Source: an uncultured Candidatus Obscuribacterales bacterium (GTDB taxonomy: Bacteria > Cyanobacteriota > Vampirovibrionia > Obscuribacterales > Obscuribacteraceae). From it: a stretch of 64,000 bases of DNA. This document shows, piece by piece, positions 61,995 to 64,000 of this stretch. The first letter of the stretch is position 1. Each line of letters begins with the position of its first letter. Position numbers and translations under genes: made by a program. The notes beneath the pieces were generated by a model. That model did not search any database. It was not told the DNA's origin and was given only the letters and a program-made list of their open reading frames with translations. The DNA lies in contig CAZISK010000001.1 of the NCBI GenBank assembly GCA_964541355.1, positions 4,335 through 68,334 on the forward strand, in the 5' to 3' direction.

Positions 61995-63076
61995 GTAGTT
62001 TTTCCTCCACCTTCATCCACGAGCTCTTTGCAGTAACGCCTGAATGTTTGGTCCAACCTATCTTTTGTGTATGCACAGCCAATGTCAAACGTCTCTTTTA
62101 TTCTTTCTCCTGTGAAATCCGCAAGCGTGTGGAGATCAAGTCGAGCCAAACATTCCAGGGCTTGGTCAAAATACCCTTCGCCAATTGCGATCAATGCGAG
62201 TTCAATACAACATTCGTCACCGCCGGTCAGAGTGCTCTTTTTCCTTTGAACCAGTTCTTTGAACAACCTGTCACAGAAGTGTTTTCTTACGTAGTCGACA
62301 CAATAGTAATCTTCGTCCTTAATGAGTCGAACCAGCTCCGGCCTGGTGTTGGTTAGTGCCAGTGAAACCAGTTGAAAAGCCGATTCCGCCTTACAAGTCT
62401 CCTTGCAATTCGACTTCCTGGTGCTCTTATTGCAATAGGTGTCATTATGATCTTCAAACGACAGTTTTGTGCATTGCTGAAGCTTCAGCTCTCTCGGCAC
62501 CATAAACTCATACGTATACGCATCCAGTCGCCACCAGCCTTTGCCGTCAAAATAAATTGGCTGATGAAGACTTTGGGGATCGAGCTTCTGCAGCTTAGTG
62601 AGCACACTCGAATCAACTTGTCCTGGCTCGCAAACTAAAATCCGCAAAGCCGGAGGCTTGTATGAAGCTACCTTCTCCACCCAATAAAATTCGGTATTCT
62701 TAGTAATCAGCTCACTCCAGTTGAAGTGGAAAGCTACTGTGCCGTATATGTATCCCCAATACCAAACATTGGGCGATAGCCAAATCACCGGCAATCTTTC
62801 TTGATTTAATTTGCTCTTGTCGTAAACCAGACCCGTTTGAATCTTTCCCGCCTTCAAAATATTGACGGCATCACTTCTGTGCGCAATATGTGTTATGCTC
62901 GCAATCTTATTGAGAGGCGTTGGCTTTGCTGCAAGATCAGCGGCTGTTATCTGATATTCATTCCACGGCACACTCTCTTGCATATCTCGACGCCTCACTG
63001 GTGATGGCAACACAAATTCAAAGGATTCCAGTCGTCGGTGGCAATATGCCACAATAACCCGCGTGCTACATTCCAT
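61991..63076 (-). CDS. hypothetical protein
   Basis: 361-aa ORF with ordinary globular composition. No recognised domain. Confidence 0.55.
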   Translation of the reverse strand: MECSTRVIVAYCHRRLESFEFVLPSPVRRRDMQESVPWNEYQITAADLAAKPTPLNKIASITHIAHRSDAVNILKAGKIQTGLVYDKSKLNQERLPVIWLSPNVWYWGYIYGTVAFHFNWSELITKNTEFYWVEKVASYKPPALRILVCEPGQVDSSVLTKLQKLDPQSLHQPIYFDGKGWWRLDAYTYEFMVPRELKLQQCTKLSFEDHNDTYCNKSTRKSNCKETCKAESAFQLVSLALTNTRPELVRLIKDEDYYCVDYVRKHFCDRLFKELVQRKKSTLTGGDECCIELALIAIGEGYFDQALECLARLDLHTLADFTGERIKETFDIGCAYTKDRLDQTFRRYCKELVDEGGGKTT

Positions 63077-63782
63077 CGTAGAGAAGCGCTATAAAACTCA
63101 TAAAATTTGTGTGTGCCATGCTGGGGGAGGGTGGGATCTCAGGGCGGGGGTATACCCCCGGGGTATCGCCCATGGTGCGGCGAGAATTGCCCCCTCCCTA
63201 ATCTTGGTTCGTTTGGTCCGTGATAGAATAGCAACCATTCGGCATAGCCGACGAATGAGCATAACGGACAGATTGAGCAAACATAGTCCGCCGAGCAGAC
63301 TCCAGCAGTACTAGCGCTGGCAGTCGCCGAGCACAAAGCAAGTCAATCAGGAGGAAACTCTATGAAGTTTTCGACCGTTTTCGTTCGCCGTAGTTGGAAA
63401 GACCATCGAGTCGCCGAGATTCCACTCGAAGCACTCACAGGCTTGCACCTCACTCGGGTATCCGGCGGTGCCAGATCGAAGAGCCCACGTCCAATGCTGC
63501 ACGGCTTCATTCCATGCAATACCAATGGTGCATGCGACATTCCTCATTCAGGTCTGCATGGTACATGTCCGCACAGCATCAAGGTGGTTGTGGTCCAATG
63601 CGATAACAGCAAGGCGCTATACGCTGAGCTGCGCAAGCTAGTGGGCTAAATCCAGTTGGGAGGGAGAGGTTTGTGCCTCTCCTTCCCAAATTAAATCTTG
63701 CACCAAATGCGGTGCAGACCTTGCCGAGAATTGCTATTTTCGGCAAGATAGTACTATGCAGTTTTAGCGAGATTAAGAAACC

Positions 63783-64000
63783 ATGCAATTCTTAGATGAT
63801 GACCTAGACATTAAACCTGATGAATTTTCGGCAAAGTTGCAGAAGGTTCGGGGAACACATCCACCTCCGTCAAGGCGCCCTAATAGCGAGGTTCGACCGA
63901 GGGAGTATTTAACCCTGCAAGAAATCAAAGCGATGACAGTTGCGGCAATGAATCGTGGTCGAAATGGATGGCGTGATTCATTCGTAATTCGCACTCTGTT
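63783..64000 (+). CDS. tyrosine recombinase/integrase, N-terminal part (runs off the right edge)
   Basis: Absent from the ORF track. My translation from ATG 63783 is MQFLDDDLDIKPDEFSAKLQKVRGTHPPPSRRPNSEVRPREYLTLQEIKAMTVAAMNRGRNGWRDSFVIRTL. The REYLT..E...l..aa...GR.G.RD...i pattern precedes the first catalytic Arg in FimB/phage-integrase-type recombinases. Confidence 0.55.
   Translation, partial: MQFLDDDLDIKPDEFSAKLQKVRGTHPPPSRRPNSEVRPREYLTLQEIKAMTVAAMNRGRNGWRDSFVIRTL

Noticed and set aside
63121-63200. G-rich palindromic region considered as a tRNA or tmRNA-like gene (tggtgcggcgag...).
   Set aside because: There is no T-loop (TTCRA) or cloverleaf-compatible arms. I keep it only as an unexplained structured element.

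Overview
This window looks like a bacterial chromosomal accessory region. I cannot name the organism from the sequence. There is no rRNA, no intact tRNA and no CRISPR array.

The window is a mosaic of integrated mobile elements and defence-type cargo, with six recombinase genes or remnants.

(1) About 1-4050: ordinary-looking genes. These are a partial RecB-like nuclease, a secreted TPR protein and small hypotheticals.

(2) 4050-22481: an island of about 18.4 kb bracketed by a perfect 35-bp direct repeat that is the 3' end of a tRNA-Leu(UAG).
- It carries a 5'-truncated, frameshifted tyrosine integrase and an XRE/ImmA pair.
- It also carries two DUF488 genes, a DUF4238 + HNH pair and a PUA/EVE-like gene.
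- Its largest cargo is a four-gene, translationally coupled operon: DUF499 ATPase, DUF3780, DUF1156 methyltransferase and PLD-SNF2 helicase.

(3) 22448 to about 36072: a second element with an intact DUF4102-type integrase.
- Its replication genes are an AlpA-like HTH, a P4-type Zn-ribbon/Toprim primase and a split DUF927 helicase.
- Its cargo is two very large ORFan proteins.

(4) 36069-41042: a 1417-aa STAND/NACHT-like NTPase with a C-terminal PD-(D/E)xK-like core, plus a 235-aa PD-(D/E)xK-like partner. This is my top candidate for an uncharacterised system.

(5) 41430-45200: a recombination-module junction. It holds a tyrosine integrase with a C-terminal HTH, XRE genes, a serine recombinase and a decayed tandem copy of that module.

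(6) 45300-63100: scattered single-gene defence or conflict candidates and secreted repeat proteins.
- AlbA_2/Schlafen-like protein.
- Zn-ribbon + HKD nuclease.
- Polymorphic HNH-fold toxin with SUKH immunity.
- HEPN/DUF4145-like protein flanked by paralogous HTH genes.
- Orphan ribosomal L7/L12 C-terminal-domain protein.
- Decayed phage Dam-like methyltransferase.

(7) 63783 to the right edge: the start of another tyrosine recombinase.

All family assignments come from motif recognition by eye. No database search was run.
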